Shown here: in pieces, positions 63,504 through 64,000 of the stretch | Numbering within the stretch: position 1 is the first letter of the stretch | How the letters are laid out: each line of letters starts with the position of its first letter | Assembly (NCBI GenBank): GCA_963850305.1 | Contig: CAWKKR010000007.1 | Span: 384,001 to 448,000 of the forward strand | DNA length: 64,000 nucleotides | Origin: an uncultured delta proteobacterium | Lineage (GTDB): Bacteria > Myxococcota_A > Polyangia > Polyangiales > Polyangiaceae | Direction of reading: 5' to 3' | Notes under the pieces: model-generated | Told to the model about the DNA's origin: nothing | What the model saw: the letters and a program-made list of their open reading frames with translations, nothing else | The model's database searches: none | Translations under genes and position numbers: made by a program

Positions 63504-64000
63504 CGGCCGGCGCCGTCCCCCCGCTCGTCACGCGCTGGGACCTCGACAAGACGTATCTGCGCACGGAATTCGACACGATGGGCGACCTGTTGCGGAACGC
63601 GCTCGAGCGTCCGGAACAGAAGCGCGCCGTTCCCGGAGCCGCCGCCCTCCTTCACGCGCTGGGGAAGACAGCCGAGCGCGTGCACATTCTCTCGGGGAGT
63701 CCTCGACAGCTTCGAGGAAAACTCGAAGAGAAACTCCGGCTCGATCGTGTCCGGTGGGACGAACTCACGCTCAAGCCCAATCTGAGTAACCTCCTCAGAT
63801 TCCGGCTACGCGCCCTCCGAGATCAGCTCGGCTACAAGCTTCCGGTGCTTCTCGGTGCACGGAGCCGGGATCAGCATCTCGGCGTTTGCGGTCCACGTGA
63901 AGTCCTGGTCGGCGACGATGCCGAGGCCGATGCGTTCGTCTATTCCCTTTACGCGGACCTGTGCGACGGAACCGTCGGCCGAGAGTCGCTCATCGAAATT
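63500..64000 (+). CDS. HAD-superfamily phosphatase, App1/DUF2183-like (3' partial)
   Basis: GTG overlaps the kinase stop; reads WDLDKTYL...ILSGSP...LGYKL...LVGDDAEAD. Confidence 0.8.
   Translation, partial: MTAGAVPPLVTRWDLDKTYLRTEFDTMGDLLRNALERPEQKRAVPGAAALLHALGKTAERVHILSGSPRQLRGKLEEKLRLDRVRWDELTLKPNLSNLLRFRLRALRDQLGYKLPVLLGARSRDQHLGVCGPREVLVGDDAEADAFVYSLYADLCDGTVGRESLIEI

Overview
High-GC bacterial chromosomal segment with a strong Myxococcota (Polyangiaceae-like) signature: four Hanks-type Ser/Thr kinases, many lipoproteins with Asp-Ala-Gly-rich linkers, and an RCC1/EGF lipoprotein. It carries about 50 CDS and one tRNA-Leu(UAA). Recognisable blocks are a single-chain acyl-CoA carboxylase with GT4 and a deacetylase; mpg-coaBC-CPBP; feoAB with a delta-proteobacterial-type Fur box; tRNA-Leu abutted by a collapsed ISAs1 remnant; nuclease-fumC; an RlmD-like methyltransferase, MATE and thiD; cyoE; and a glycogen cluster (glgA, glgC, glgP, glgX, MalQ-GlgB fusion). 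Three genes have 1-2 nt frameshifts in short homopolymers, most likely sequencing errors. The two best leads are (i) a divergent five-gene envelope thiol-redox cluster at 31.0-37.0 kb (three thioredoxin-fold lipoproteins, a Cys-motif outer-membrane barrel and a CxxxC lipoprotein) and (ii) a ~200-nt set of interleaved, mutually exclusive inverted repeats at 39495-39700 that overlaps the start of an M15 peptidase gene and looks like a two-state RNA switch. No CRISPR, rRNA or intact mobile element was seen. Product calls come from motif recognition only; no database searches were run.
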